64,000 nt of DNA, taken from positions 653 through 64,652 of the forward strand of contig JBGOYY010000009.1 in assembly GCA_041479905.1 (NCBI GenBank), written 5' to 3'. Below the pieces are notes generated by a model. It saw nothing but the letters and a program-made list of their open reading frames with translations, was not told where the DNA came from and ran no database searches. Shown here piece after piece: positions 52,190 to 61,032 of the stretch (position 1 is the first letter of the stretch; every line of letters begins with the position of its first letter). Made by a program: the position numbers and the translations under genes. This DNA comes from Candidatus Aminicenantia bacterium. GTDB lineage: Bacteria > Acidobacteriota > Aminicenantia > Aminicenantales > Saccharicenantaceae.

Positions 52190-53761
52190 ATGACCTATGA
52201 CTATATCGTGATCGGTTCCGGATTCGGCGGCAGTGTCGCGGCTCTCCGGCTGGCCGAAAAAGGCCATTCCGTCTGCGTGATCGAAAGCGGGAAACGGTGG
52301 CGGGCCGAGGATTTTCCCAAGACGAACTGGGCCTTCTGGAAATTCCTCTGGGCGCCGGCCCTGCGCTGCTTCGGCATCCAGAGGATCCAGCCGCTCAACG
52401 ACGTGTTGATCCTCGGGGGCAGCGGCGTCGGCGGCGGCAGCCTCATCTACGCCAATACGCTGTTCGTCCCGCCCGACGTCTTCTTCGACGACCCCCAGTG
52501 GAAGGGTCTGGCGTCCGATTGGAAAGCGGAGCTCGCGCCCCATTACGAAACGGCTAAACGAATGCTGGGGGTCGTAACCAACCCGAAATTCTGGCCGACG
52601 GACCACATGCTGAAGGATTATGCCCGGGAGATCGGCCGGGAAGAGCATTTCAAAGCGACTGATGTCGGGGTGTTCTTCGGAAAGCCGGGTGTCACCGTTC
52701 CCGATCCTTATTTCGGCGGGAAGGGGCCCGACAGGACCGGCTGCACGATGACGGGACACTGCATGGTCGGCTGCCGCGACGGCGGCAAGAACTCCCTGGA
52801 CCGGAACTACCTCTATCTGGCCGAGGGGCTCGGCGCCGAGGTCGTCCCGGAACACAAGGTCGTCAACGTCAGGCGGGACGGGAACGGCGAGTATGTCGTC
52901 ATGGCCCTGAAAACCACGGACCGCATTTTCAAGAGGAAGCTCGTGACGAGGGCCGGGGGGATCGTTTTCGCCGCGGGCGTCATCGGGACCCTGGAGCTCC
53001 TGATGCGGTGCCGGGAAAAGGGCTCCCTGCCCGATCTATCCGATAAGCTGGGAGATGTCGTCCGGACGAACAGCGAGGTGCTGGCCGGTGTGACCTCGAG
53101 GAAGAACCAACAGCACTCCCTGGGCGTATCGATCACGTCGAGCGTCTTCGTCAACGACACGACGCACGTCGAATTGGTTCGCTACCCCAAGGGTTCTGAC
53201 GTGATGGCGGCTTTCGCCGGGCTGATGACGGACGGCGGCGGGAAGATCCCCCGCCCCCTGAAATTCTTCGGAAACATCGCCCGCCATCCCCTGCAATTCT
53301 TGAGGCTCCGCATCCCCATCAATTGGGGGCGCAACACTGTCATCCTGCTCGTCATGCAGACGCTCGATAATTACCTCACGGTATCGAGAAAGCGCCGCTG
53401 GTGGGCGTTCTTCTGTAAGGGGCTCGTCTCGAAGAACGGCGGCAAGAGGATCCCGACCTATATCCCGGAAGCCAACCGGGCCGTTCGCGGCATGGCCAAG
53501 AGAATGGACGCCATCCCGCAAAACGCGATCACGGAGGCGTTGTTCAACATCCCCATGACGGCCCACATCCTCGGCGGCTGCATCATCGGAAAGGACAAGG
53601 GCCACGGGGTGATCGACCAGCGCCACCGGGTGTTCGGCTACGACAACATGTACGTGACCGACGCCTCGGCGATCCCCGCGAACCTGGGTGTAAACCCGTC
53701 CCTGACGATCACGGCCATGGCCGAACGGGCTATGAGCTTCGTTCCGCCCAAAACGAAATAA
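52190..53761 (+). CDS. GMC-family FAD oxidoreductase (cholesterol-oxidase-like)
   Basis: N-terminal YDYIVIGSGFGGSVAALRLAEKG dinucleotide fold and a C-terminal GMC block (NMYVTDASAIPANLGVNPSLTI). Confidence 0.85.
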   Translation: MTYDYIVIGSGFGGSVAALRLAEKGHSVCVIESGKRWRAEDFPKTNWAFWKFLWAPALRCFGIQRIQPLNDVLILGGSGVGGGSLIYANTLFVPPDVFFDDPQWKGLASDWKAELAPHYETAKRMLGVVTNPKFWPTDHMLKDYAREIGREEHFKATDVGVFFGKPGVTVPDPYFGGKGPDRTGCTMTGHCMVGCRDGGKNSLDRNYLYLAEGLGAEVVPEHKVVNVRRDGNGEYVVMALKTTDRIFKRKLVTRAGGIVFAAGVIGTLELLMRCREKGSLPDLSDKLGDVVRTNSEVLAGVTSRKNQQHSLGVSITSSVFVNDTTHVELVRYPKGSDVMAAFAGLMTDGGGKIPRPLKFFGNIARHPLQFLRLRIPINWGRNTVILLVMQTLDNYLTVSRKRRWWAFFCKGLVSKNGGKRIPTYIPEANRAVRGMAKRMDAIPQNAITEALFNIPMTAHILGGCIIGKDKGHGVIDQRHRVFGYDNMYVTDASAIPANLGVNPSLTITAMAERAMSFVPPKTK

Positions 53762-53778
53762 CCGAAGGCCCGCTGTCC

Positions 53779-55488
53779 CTATTTTTCCTTGTAGAGCGCG
53801 TAGACGAACGGGTCGGTCGTCGTCTGCCAGCCGGAGCTCGCCCGCCGGCCGTCGCCGAGGAGCCAGGTGACCTCGTACTGGAAGCTCATGTCGTTCTCTT
53901 TGTGCAGGTACTCGTACTTGGTCAGGAGCGTCTCCGAGGGCAGGATCTTGGTCTCGCCCGTCTTTTCCCGGTCGAAGACCTTGTTCTTGAAGGCGACCGT
54001 GATCAGCTTGATGTTGAAGGCCTTGACGTTCTCCTCGTCGGCGATGACGTCAACCTGGCGGTAGCGGTGCGGCGGGAAGAGGTTGATCGCGGCCTCCTCG
54101 CTCCGGGTCCAGGTCCCGTCAACCTTAATGCCGCCCATGAAGCTCCAGGTCGTCTTGAACTCGTAGCCGAGCCAACTCGCTCCCTCGCCGAGCCGGGGGT
54201 AGACAAAAGGCAGCATGTTGCCCCGTTCGGCGAAGGACTGGGCGTTGAAAATGATGTCGCGTGTCGTCGGTTCGCCCGACGGGTGCGTCTTCTTGAAGCT
54301 CACCGTGACGAAGTTGATGTACTTCTTGAAGGTGTCGAAATCCTCGCCGTCGAGGATGGCGAAGACCTGCCGGTCCTGGAGGTCCGGGTCGTCGAGGTTG
54401 ATGATGTCGTAGACCTTCTTGTTGTTCTTGAATTTGCGCAGCGTATCGCCGATGCTGGCGTCCATCGGGCCCGTCTCGCGTTCCTGGCGGAGCCTTTTCG
54501 TCAAGTTGACCGTCCATGTGTCCGAGCGGGTGACACTCTTCATCGTCGTGCTGACACCGTAGGGCTTGTCCGGCTGCTTCGGGGCCTCGCCGCCCTCCTG
54601 GCCGCCGCCCTGCTCCCCTTCCTGGTTCTCGCCGGGGAGCTCCATTTTCATGTCGAACATCTCCCGCATGACCGAGTCGACGACGGTCTGGAGGATGGCT
54701 TCCATGTTCTGATCTTCGCCGGTCACGTCGATCTTGACGGCCCCGACGGATTTGAGGTCGTCGGAGATCCGCAGCTCTTCGCCCGTTCCCTTCTGAACGT
54801 ACCAACTCCAGAACATGAAGGTTTTCTTTTTATAGATCTTCCACTTCTTGTACTGCTCGAAATACGTGCGTACTTTCGACCAAGAGATGGTCGCGTTGGC
54901 CTGGTACTTCGGCGTCAGGCCCTCGTAGGTCATATCGAAGCGGACGCTGACCGGGTAGGTCGGCTGGCGAAGCGCCTCCTCGAGGAAGGCCGCGCCTTCC
55001 GGGGTCACGGCGATCGAGACCGAGACCTCGGAGCCGGTGATCAGAGGGGCCTTGCCCTCGCCGATGATCTTCCGGGTGAAAACTCCGCCCTCGCCGGCCG
55101 CGGCCGAAATGACCATGAACGTCCCTTTTTTAAAAACGATGGGGCCCTTGAGCTTGGCGCCGGGCTCCTGCTTGGTCAGCTCCTGGCGGACCTTGGCCAG
55201 CTCCTGTTCGTCGAGACCGTACTTGACGAAGAAATGGAGGATGCCGCCCTTGGCCTCCTCTTTGCCGGCCTTGGTGTATTTGAGGAAGGTCAACTTGGGC
55301 GTGCCGTCCGGCCAGAAGGCCAGGCGGGGCTGGTTCGGCATGTAGTAATAGGCCCCCGCCTCGGCCTGGTCCTTGAAGAGAAGGGCGTTGCCGATCTGGA
55401 GCGGCGCCTTGTCGAGCTCGATCTCCGCGGCCAGGAACGAGGCAACAAACAACATCCCGACGGCGGTCGCGAACAGTTTTTTCTTCAT
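53779..55488 (-). CDS. Secreted protein, uncharacterised paralog family, member 5 of operon (569 aa)
   Basis: Signal peptide MKKKLFATAVGMLFVASFLAAE. Shares N- and C-terminal modules with 55513-58296 and 59339-61009 (YYYMP, GGILHF, SAAAGEGGVF, ...FVYALYKEK end). Confidence 0.8.
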   Translation of the reverse strand: MKKKLFATAVGMLFVASFLAAEIELDKAPLQIGNALLFKDQAEAGAYYYMPNQPRLAFWPDGTPKLTFLKYTKAGKEEAKGGILHFFVKYGLDEQELAKVRQELTKQEPGAKLKGPIVFKKGTFMVISAAAGEGGVFTRKIIGEGKAPLITGSEVSVSIAVTPEGAAFLEEALRQPTYPVSVRFDMTYEGLTPKYQANATISWSKVRTYFEQYKKWKIYKKKTFMFWSWYVQKGTGEELRISDDLKSVGAVKIDVTGEDQNMEAILQTVVDSVMREMFDMKMELPGENQEGEQGGGQEGGEAPKQPDKPYGVSTTMKSVTRSDTWTVNLTKRLRQERETGPMDASIGDTLRKFKNNKKVYDIINLDDPDLQDRQVFAILDGEDFDTFKKYINFVTVSFKKTHPSGEPTTRDIIFNAQSFAERGNMLPFVYPRLGEGASWLGYEFKTTWSFMGGIKVDGTWTRSEEAAINLFPPHRYRQVDVIADEENVKAFNIKLITVAFKNKVFDREKTGETKILPSETLLTKYEYLHKENDMSFQYEVTWLLGDGRRASSGWQTTTDPFVYALYKEK

Positions 55489-55512
55489 TTTCTTTCCAGC
55501 CTCCTTTCGCGG

Positions 55513-58296
55513 CTATTTCTTCGTATAGACGGCGTAGATGAACGGGCTCTCCTTGGTCATCCAGTCCGTGTGGACCTCCCGCCCGTCGAGGAGCAGCCAA
55601 ACGACTTTGTAGCTGTATCCGAGATTTCCATCTTCGTGCAGGTACGTGTAGGCGGCCTGCAGGGGATCTCCCTTGTCGTAGTTGATGATGACTTCTTTCA
55701 GAATGTCTTTGCCGTAGATCCGATGTTTGATCTGCAGGGCCAGCGCCTTGACGCTATTCTTGAGGATGTTATCCTCGTCGACCGAGATCTCGAGCGTCCG
55801 GCGCCGGACCGGCGGCGAGAGCGTCAGGACCGAATCGGAGGTCTTCGTCCAATCGCCTTCCCACTCGACGCCGCCGTAGAAGCTCCACTTCGGCTTGTAT
55901 TCGTAGTCGAGCCACTCCGTCGACGCTTCGTTCAACCGCCCGTACTTGAAGGACAGGCAGTTGCCGCTCTGAGCGAACTGTTGGTCGACGAATTTTACTT
56001 CGCCCATCATCGGCGCGCCGGAGAACCTCTGCTTGCGGAAGAGGACCGAAACGCTGTTGATGTAGTTCTTGAAGTCCGAGGCGTCCTGGCCGTCGAGGAT
56101 GACCTCGACCGAACGCTCCTGGAAGGTCGGGTCGTCCAGGCTGACCACGGTGAAGAAACGCTTGTCCTCGCCGTATTTCTGGTAGATGCCGCCGATGTTG
56201 CCGCTCATGACGATGTCGCGGTCCTCGCGGAGGCGCTTGCGCATGTCCACTTCGTAGTTGCCCGACATCTTGACCCGCTTAAAGGAATAGCCGACCTGGA
56301 CACTGACGATGGGCTTGATGGCGGCATCGGGCTTGGCCCCGGGTTTGGCCCCGGGCTTGGCCCCCGGGGCCTGGGGTGTGGTCTTCGCCGGCGGCGTCTG
56401 GCCCGAGGGAGGTTTGGTCCCCTGTCCGCCCGAAAGGCCCTGTTGGCTCTGCCCGCCCGCGACGTTGGCGCCCTGGGTCTGGCCCGACGGCGGCTTGGCC
56501 CCCGTAGCCGCCGTCCCGGGCGGATTGGCGCCGGTGGTTTGCGCGCCAGCGGCCGCCGCTTGTTGGCCGCCTATTGCGGCCTGGGCCTGCCCCGTCTGGG
56601 TCTGTTGGGCAGCCTGCTGGGATTCCTGACGCCGCTGCCGCCGGGCCTCTTCCGCAGAGACCTGGGCTTGCTCGGTCTGCGGCCGGGCCGCGGCCGCTTC
56701 TCCGAGCAAGGGCCGGAGCGCGTCAATACACGCTTGGGAGGCCTCCACGTCGCCCTGGAACCGCTCGGGGTTCTGGCTGGTCGTGGCCAGACGGATCGCC
56801 GCTTCGAAATACTCGAGCGCTTTTTGGTAGTCCTCACGGCCGCCTGTCTCGTCTCCGATGGCCTTCTGACAGACCCCCAAGTTGAAGAGGAACACGGGCA
56901 AGGGGATGTGGCCGTAGAGCCAGCGGAATTCTTCATAGGCTTGGACGTATTCCCCCGCGTCGAATAGGCTATTGCTCAAGTCTAGGTGGCGAGCGTACTC
57001 GGAATAATCATTCAGGTAGGTTTGAGCCGTCGCCCGGCGGTCCGCGTACTCGGTCAGGCCCTCCGTCTTTTGCACGAATTCCTCAAAGGCGGACTTGGCC
57101 CGCCCATGTTCGAAAGCGCCAAAAGCCAGGATATCGGCCATCTCGTAGAGATAACCGGGATCTGGGCAGGACTCATACGCTTTTTGATACATGTCGGCCG
57201 CTTCGACGTACTTGCGCGCGCGGCGGAGCTCCACCGCCCTGCTGACGAACGATTCGGCGCTCTGCCGTGCTTGGGCATCGCAGGGAGAGCCGACGGCCCG
57301 CTGCGTCTGGACCTGGTCCTGGTCGGCCCAGGGACCGCCGCGGAGACACTCGTCCGCGGTGCGGATGACGTCCGCCAGGACGCTCATCGACCAGGCCGGA
57401 TGAGCTCCCGGCAGGTCCGCGACGACCGCCGGGACAGGCCGCTTTTTGGCCGGTGGGCTTGGCGCTTCCCCGGGGCCCATGGGCACCTTCTCGCACATGA
57501 GCGAGAGGAGATGAGCGTAGACCGTGTCGAGCATCTTCTGCATATTCTCGTTCTCGCCCACGATCTCGAGCTCGATCGCGCCTTTCTGGCGCAGTTCTTC
57601 TAAGATAGCCCTGACATCGGCTTCGATCTTGACGACCTTGATCTGACCTTCGGCATGGAGCTTGATGTCGTGCTGGGTGTAGACTTTGTCCCAGTTGACC
57701 TTGAGCTTGGCCTGGAAGGCCGGCGAAACGCCGGTGAATTTCAGGTCGAACATGACCGAGATGTCCGAGGTCGGGTTCTTGAACGACTCCCAGAGAAGCG
57801 AGGCCCCCTCCTCGGTCAGGGCGATCGAAACGGCCGCCTTCTGGCCGGGCATGATGGGCGCCTTGCCCTCGCCGACGATCCTGCGGCTGAAGATCCCGCC
57901 CTCGCCCGCCGTCGCCGAGACGACCTTGAACGTCCCCTCCTTGAACGGCACAGGACCGGCGATCTTGGCCTCCGGGTCCTTCAGACGAAGGGCCGATTCG
58001 GCCGAGCTCAACTCGCCCTCGGTCATGCCCCAAGTCACCAGGAAGTGGACGATCCCGCCCTTGGTCGCGCCGTCGGTCTTGGTGTATTTGATGAAGGTGA
58101 ACTCCGGCGTCCCGTCCCGCTTCGTCGCGAGGCGCGGTGCGTCCGGCACATAGTAATACTTGTGCGCGTCGGCGTGGTCCCGGTAAAGCACGAAGCGTCC
58201 GGCCTGGACGACCTCGTCCAAGGCCACCTCGGCGGCCAGGAAGAGTCCCGCCGCGAACACGAAAACGACCGCGAGGAGCGCTCTTTTCGATCTCAT
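55513..58296 (-). CDS. Secreted protein of the same family with inserted TPR-like and low-complexity segments (927 aa)
   Basis: Signal peptide; N-module (YYYVP, GGIVHF, SATAGEGGIF); TPR-like helices; a Q/A/G/P/K-rich tract; C-module ending FIYAVYTKK. GGGAGG upstream of ATG 58296. Confidence 0.8.
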   Translation of the reverse strand: MRSKRALLAVVFVFAAGLFLAAEVALDEVVQAGRFVLYRDHADAHKYYYVPDAPRLATKRDGTPEFTFIKYTKTDGATKGGIVHFLVTWGMTEGELSSAESALRLKDPEAKIAGPVPFKEGTFKVVSATAGEGGIFSRRIVGEGKAPIMPGQKAAVSIALTEEGASLLWESFKNPTSDISVMFDLKFTGVSPAFQAKLKVNWDKVYTQHDIKLHAEGQIKVVKIEADVRAILEELRQKGAIELEIVGENENMQKMLDTVYAHLLSLMCEKVPMGPGEAPSPPAKKRPVPAVVADLPGAHPAWSMSVLADVIRTADECLRGGPWADQDQVQTQRAVGSPCDAQARQSAESFVSRAVELRRARKYVEAADMYQKAYESCPDPGYLYEMADILAFGAFEHGRAKSAFEEFVQKTEGLTEYADRRATAQTYLNDYSEYARHLDLSNSLFDAGEYVQAYEEFRWLYGHIPLPVFLFNLGVCQKAIGDETGGREDYQKALEYFEAAIRLATTSQNPERFQGDVEASQACIDALRPLLGEAAAARPQTEQAQVSAEEARRQRRQESQQAAQQTQTGQAQAAIGGQQAAAAGAQTTGANPPGTAATGAKPPSGQTQGANVAGGQSQQGLSGGQGTKPPSGQTPPAKTTPQAPGAKPGAKPGAKPDAAIKPIVSVQVGYSFKRVKMSGNYEVDMRKRLREDRDIVMSGNIGGIYQKYGEDKRFFTVVSLDDPTFQERSVEVILDGQDASDFKNYINSVSVLFRKQRFSGAPMMGEVKFVDQQFAQSGNCLSFKYGRLNEASTEWLDYEYKPKWSFYGGVEWEGDWTKTSDSVLTLSPPVRRRTLEISVDEDNILKNSVKALALQIKHRIYGKDILKEVIINYDKGDPLQAAYTYLHEDGNLGYSYKVVWLLLDGREVHTDWMTKESPFIYAVYTKK
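56329..56364. repeat. 12-nt tandem repeat x3 inside the low-complexity tract
   Basis: GGGCTTGGCCCC / GGGTTTGGCCCC / GGGCTTGGCCCC, encoding (GAKP)x3 on the minus strand. Confidence 0.9.
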
Positions 58297-58318
58297 GCCG
58301 TCCTCCCTCTCAGGGAAT

Positions 58319-59335
58319 TCACGTTCGGCCGTCCTTGACGGCGATGTCGTATGTGGAGAGGTCGAGGAACGTCTCCCCGCCCTCCTTCCATGAACCTTTC
58401 TCCGAACGGCCGTCGGCGAAAACCCTGGTCAAGCGATATTTGTACGTTCCGCCTTTGGCCTCGGGGATGTCGAACTCGAGGTCCACTTGCGGCTCGGACC
58501 CGGCCATGAACGCGACCGTCCGGAAATCGCGCTGCTTCTTGGCCGTCAGGATCTCGACCTCGGCGGTGATCTTCACGACATCCTTGTTCGCCCCGTTGAC
58601 GAAGTCGAAACAGAGGATGCTCATCCTCCGGTAGTTGAAGGAGACCTTGTCGGCCAGGTTGACCAGCTTGAAGAGGCCCGGGTCGTTGGCCATGGAGACG
58701 GGCACGGCGAAGGACAGCCGGTGGTCCCGCTCGCCCTCCTTGAGCTTGCCTTCGTCGTCGATCTCGAAGCCGCCGAAGGTGAACTCGCATTCGACGGATA
58801 GGCCCGTCGCTTTTCCGTCCTCGAAGATCTTCCAGAGGTAGCTCGCCGAGTCGCGGCCGAGCGGCAAGGTGAAGCTCTTCCTCGCCCAGAGGAGCTCCTT
58901 TTTGGCCAGTTCCTCTTTCTTCTCCTCGGGATCCCCCGGTTCCAGGCGACTGTAGTTCAGGACACAGGTCAGCTTGTCGATGGGGACAGGCCGGTATTCG
59001 TAGGCGGGGCCTTTCGCCTTTCGGAGCGTCTCCGTCTCGTCCGCGAACTCGACGGCGAGGGCCAGGACACCGCCGGCGATCGTTTGGGGGCCTTCGGGCG
59101 CGTCGGCTTTGACGTAGACATACTTGTAAAAGAAGAATTGGGGCTTGTCGAACGATCGGACCAGGGCCAGGCCGGCCGGGACGTAATAGTAGACGTTCGG
59201 CGCCTTGTGGTCGGGGAAGATGAGGATGCGGCCGCCGACCGTCTCGGGCTTCGAGAGCAAGGGGTCGGCGAAAAGGCCGGAGACCGCCGCTCCCAGGAAG
59301 GCCAGAGCCCCGATGGCGGCCGCAGTCCGTCGCAT
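58319..59335 (-). CDS. Secreted protein, short member of the family (338 aa; shares only the YYYVP N-terminal module)
   Basis: Signal peptide; ILIFPDHKAPNVYYYVPAGLALV...FFFYKYVYV parallels the N-termini of the larger paralogs. The start is 3 nt after the upstream stop. Confidence 0.7.
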   Translation of the reverse strand: MRRTAAAIGALAFLGAAVSGLFADPLLSKPETVGGRILIFPDHKAPNVYYYVPAGLALVRSFDKPQFFFYKYVYVKADAPEGPQTIAGGVLALAVEFADETETLRKAKGPAYEYRPVPIDKLTCVLNYSRLEPGDPEEKKEELAKKELLWARKSFTLPLGRDSASYLWKIFEDGKATGLSVECEFTFGGFEIDDEGKLKEGERDHRLSFAVPVSMANDPGLFKLVNLADKVSFNYRRMSILCFDFVNGANKDVVKITAEVEILTAKKQRDFRTVAFMAGSEPQVDLEFDIPEAKGGTYKYRLTRVFADGRSEKGSWKEGGETFLDLSTYDIAVKDGRT

Positions 59336-59338
59336 GCC

Positions 59339-61009
59339 CTATTTCTCGTAGTAGGCGTAGATAAAGGGGTCTGTGGCGCTCTGCCAACCCGAGGAGGACT
59401 TGGTATTGTCCTTGAAAAGCCAGGTGATGTTGTACTCGTATTCGAGGTTGTTCGGCTCGTGAAAATAGACGTAGTTGATGTTGAGCGGTTCGCCCTTCCT
59501 CAGGACAACCTCCTTCTGGAGCTCCCGGCCGAAGTTCTTGTGGCGGAACTGGACCGCGATCCGGATGACGCCCTTCGTCGTCATGTTCTCTTCGTCCGCC
59601 AAGACCTCGATGTAGCGGTACTTGTGGGGCGGGGCCAGCGTGATCACCGGCTGCGACGTCGTGATCCAATCGCCGTTGACCTCGAGCCCGCCGATGTAGC
59701 TCCACAGGGGCTTGTACTGGTATTCGAGCCACTTGTCCGTGGCGTCGCCTTTCCGCCGGTACTTCAGGGACAGTGTGTTGCCGTTCTGTCCGAACTTGGC
59801 TTTGTCGAAGACGAGGTCCTCGGTGATGGACTTCATGTCCGCGTCCTGGTATTCCTTCTTGAAGGTGATCCCGGCGAAGTTGATGAACTGCTTGAAGGTC
59901 TCCAGGTCCTCGCCGTCGAGGATGACGCTGACCGTCCGCTCCTCGAAGGTCGGATCGTCGAGGTCGACGACGGTGAAGAGAGCCGGGTTCTGCCCGTGCT
60001 CCTTGTAGAAATGCCCGATATTCCCGGTGAGGGGGATCTCCCGGCTATCCCGCTTCCTCCGGGTCAGGTCGACCGTGTACTTCCCGGTCATCTTGACGGT
60101 CTTCTGGTAATAGCCCATGTGGGCCTGGCCAAAGAGCTTGCCGAACCAGTTGCCGCCCGTCGACGCCTGGGATTTCCCGATGTCCTCGGGCTTGACGGGC
60201 TTGGCGTCGAACATCATCTTGGCGATGGTGTTGTAGGCCGTCTCTAAGAGCTCGTCCATCTTGGTATCCTCGCCGATGACATCGAGTTTGATGGCCCCCT
60301 GCTCCTTGAGCTCGGCATAGATCTTCTGGATCTGGACGCTGACGAAGACGTTGCCGGCGTCCATCTTGAATTCCTTATGGTTATAGACCTTTTCCCAATC
60401 GACGGTCAGCTTCGCCTGGTAGGCGGGGGTCAGGCCCTGGTAGGTCAGGACGAATTGGACAGAGACATCCGACGTCGGCTGCTTGAAGGAGTTCAGGAGC
60501 AGGGTCGAGCCCTCTTCGGTCAGGGCGATGGACACGGCCGCCTCCGAACCGGTCAGGAGCGGGGCCTTGCCCGTGCCGCAAACCTTCCGGGCGAAGACGC
60601 CGCCCTCGCCCGCCGAGGCCGAGATGATGTGGAAATCGCCCTTGGTGAACATCACCGGACCGAGGATCTTGCCGTCCTTGTCCACCTTGGTGAGCTCCCT
60701 GCGGGCCGCGTTCAGCTCTTCCGCGGTCAGCCCGAATGTGCACAGGAAATGGAGGATGCCGCCGGTGATGTCCTTGCCGGAGCGGACGTATTGGATGAAG
60801 CTGAATTTCGGGACCCCGTCGGGCCAAGCGGCGATACGCGGTTCGAGCGGCATGTAATGATAGCCGTGGGGGTCGGCGTGGTCCCGGAAGAGCAGGGCGT
60901 TCTTGACCTGGATCGGCTCGACGTCGAGCAGGACCTCGGCCCGCAGGGCCAGAGGCAGCACGGCCGCCATAAGGCACAGGCCCAAGCCTAACTTCAGGAT
61001 TCGGTTCAT
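59339..61009 (-). CDS. Secreted protein, same paralog family (556 aa)
   Basis: GGGAGG upstream of ATG 61009. Signal peptide MNRILKLGLGLCLMAAVLPLALRA; YHYMP, GGILHF, SASAGEGGVF; C-terminus FIYAYYEK. Confidence 0.8.
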   Translation of the reverse strand: MNRILKLGLGLCLMAAVLPLALRAEVLLDVEPIQVKNALLFRDHADPHGYHYMPLEPRIAAWPDGVPKFSFIQYVRSGKDITGGILHFLCTFGLTAEELNAARRELTKVDKDGKILGPVMFTKGDFHIISASAGEGGVFARKVCGTGKAPLLTGSEAAVSIALTEEGSTLLLNSFKQPTSDVSVQFVLTYQGLTPAYQAKLTVDWEKVYNHKEFKMDAGNVFVSVQIQKIYAELKEQGAIKLDVIGEDTKMDELLETAYNTIAKMMFDAKPVKPEDIGKSQASTGGNWFGKLFGQAHMGYYQKTVKMTGKYTVDLTRRKRDSREIPLTGNIGHFYKEHGQNPALFTVVDLDDPTFEERTVSVILDGEDLETFKQFINFAGITFKKEYQDADMKSITEDLVFDKAKFGQNGNTLSLKYRRKGDATDKWLEYQYKPLWSYIGGLEVNGDWITTSQPVITLAPPHKYRYIEVLADEENMTTKGVIRIAVQFRHKNFGRELQKEVVLRKGEPLNINYVYFHEPNNLEYEYNITWLFKDNTKSSSGWQSATDPFIYAYYEK

Positions 61010-61032
61010 GATGTTCCTCCCGTCATCCATGG

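Noticed and set aside
53902-56967. 1021-aa plus-strand ORF, together with other very long antisense ORFs such as 49654-52071 (+), 43320-45158 (-), 9767-11353 (-), 61057-63303 (+), 1252-2613 (-) and 174-1133 (-).
   Set aside because: They lie opposite genes with clear motifs or paralogy. Their products are Arg/Gly/Pro/Asp-rich with no motifs or signal features. This is the usual stop-poor shadow frame of high-GC DNA.
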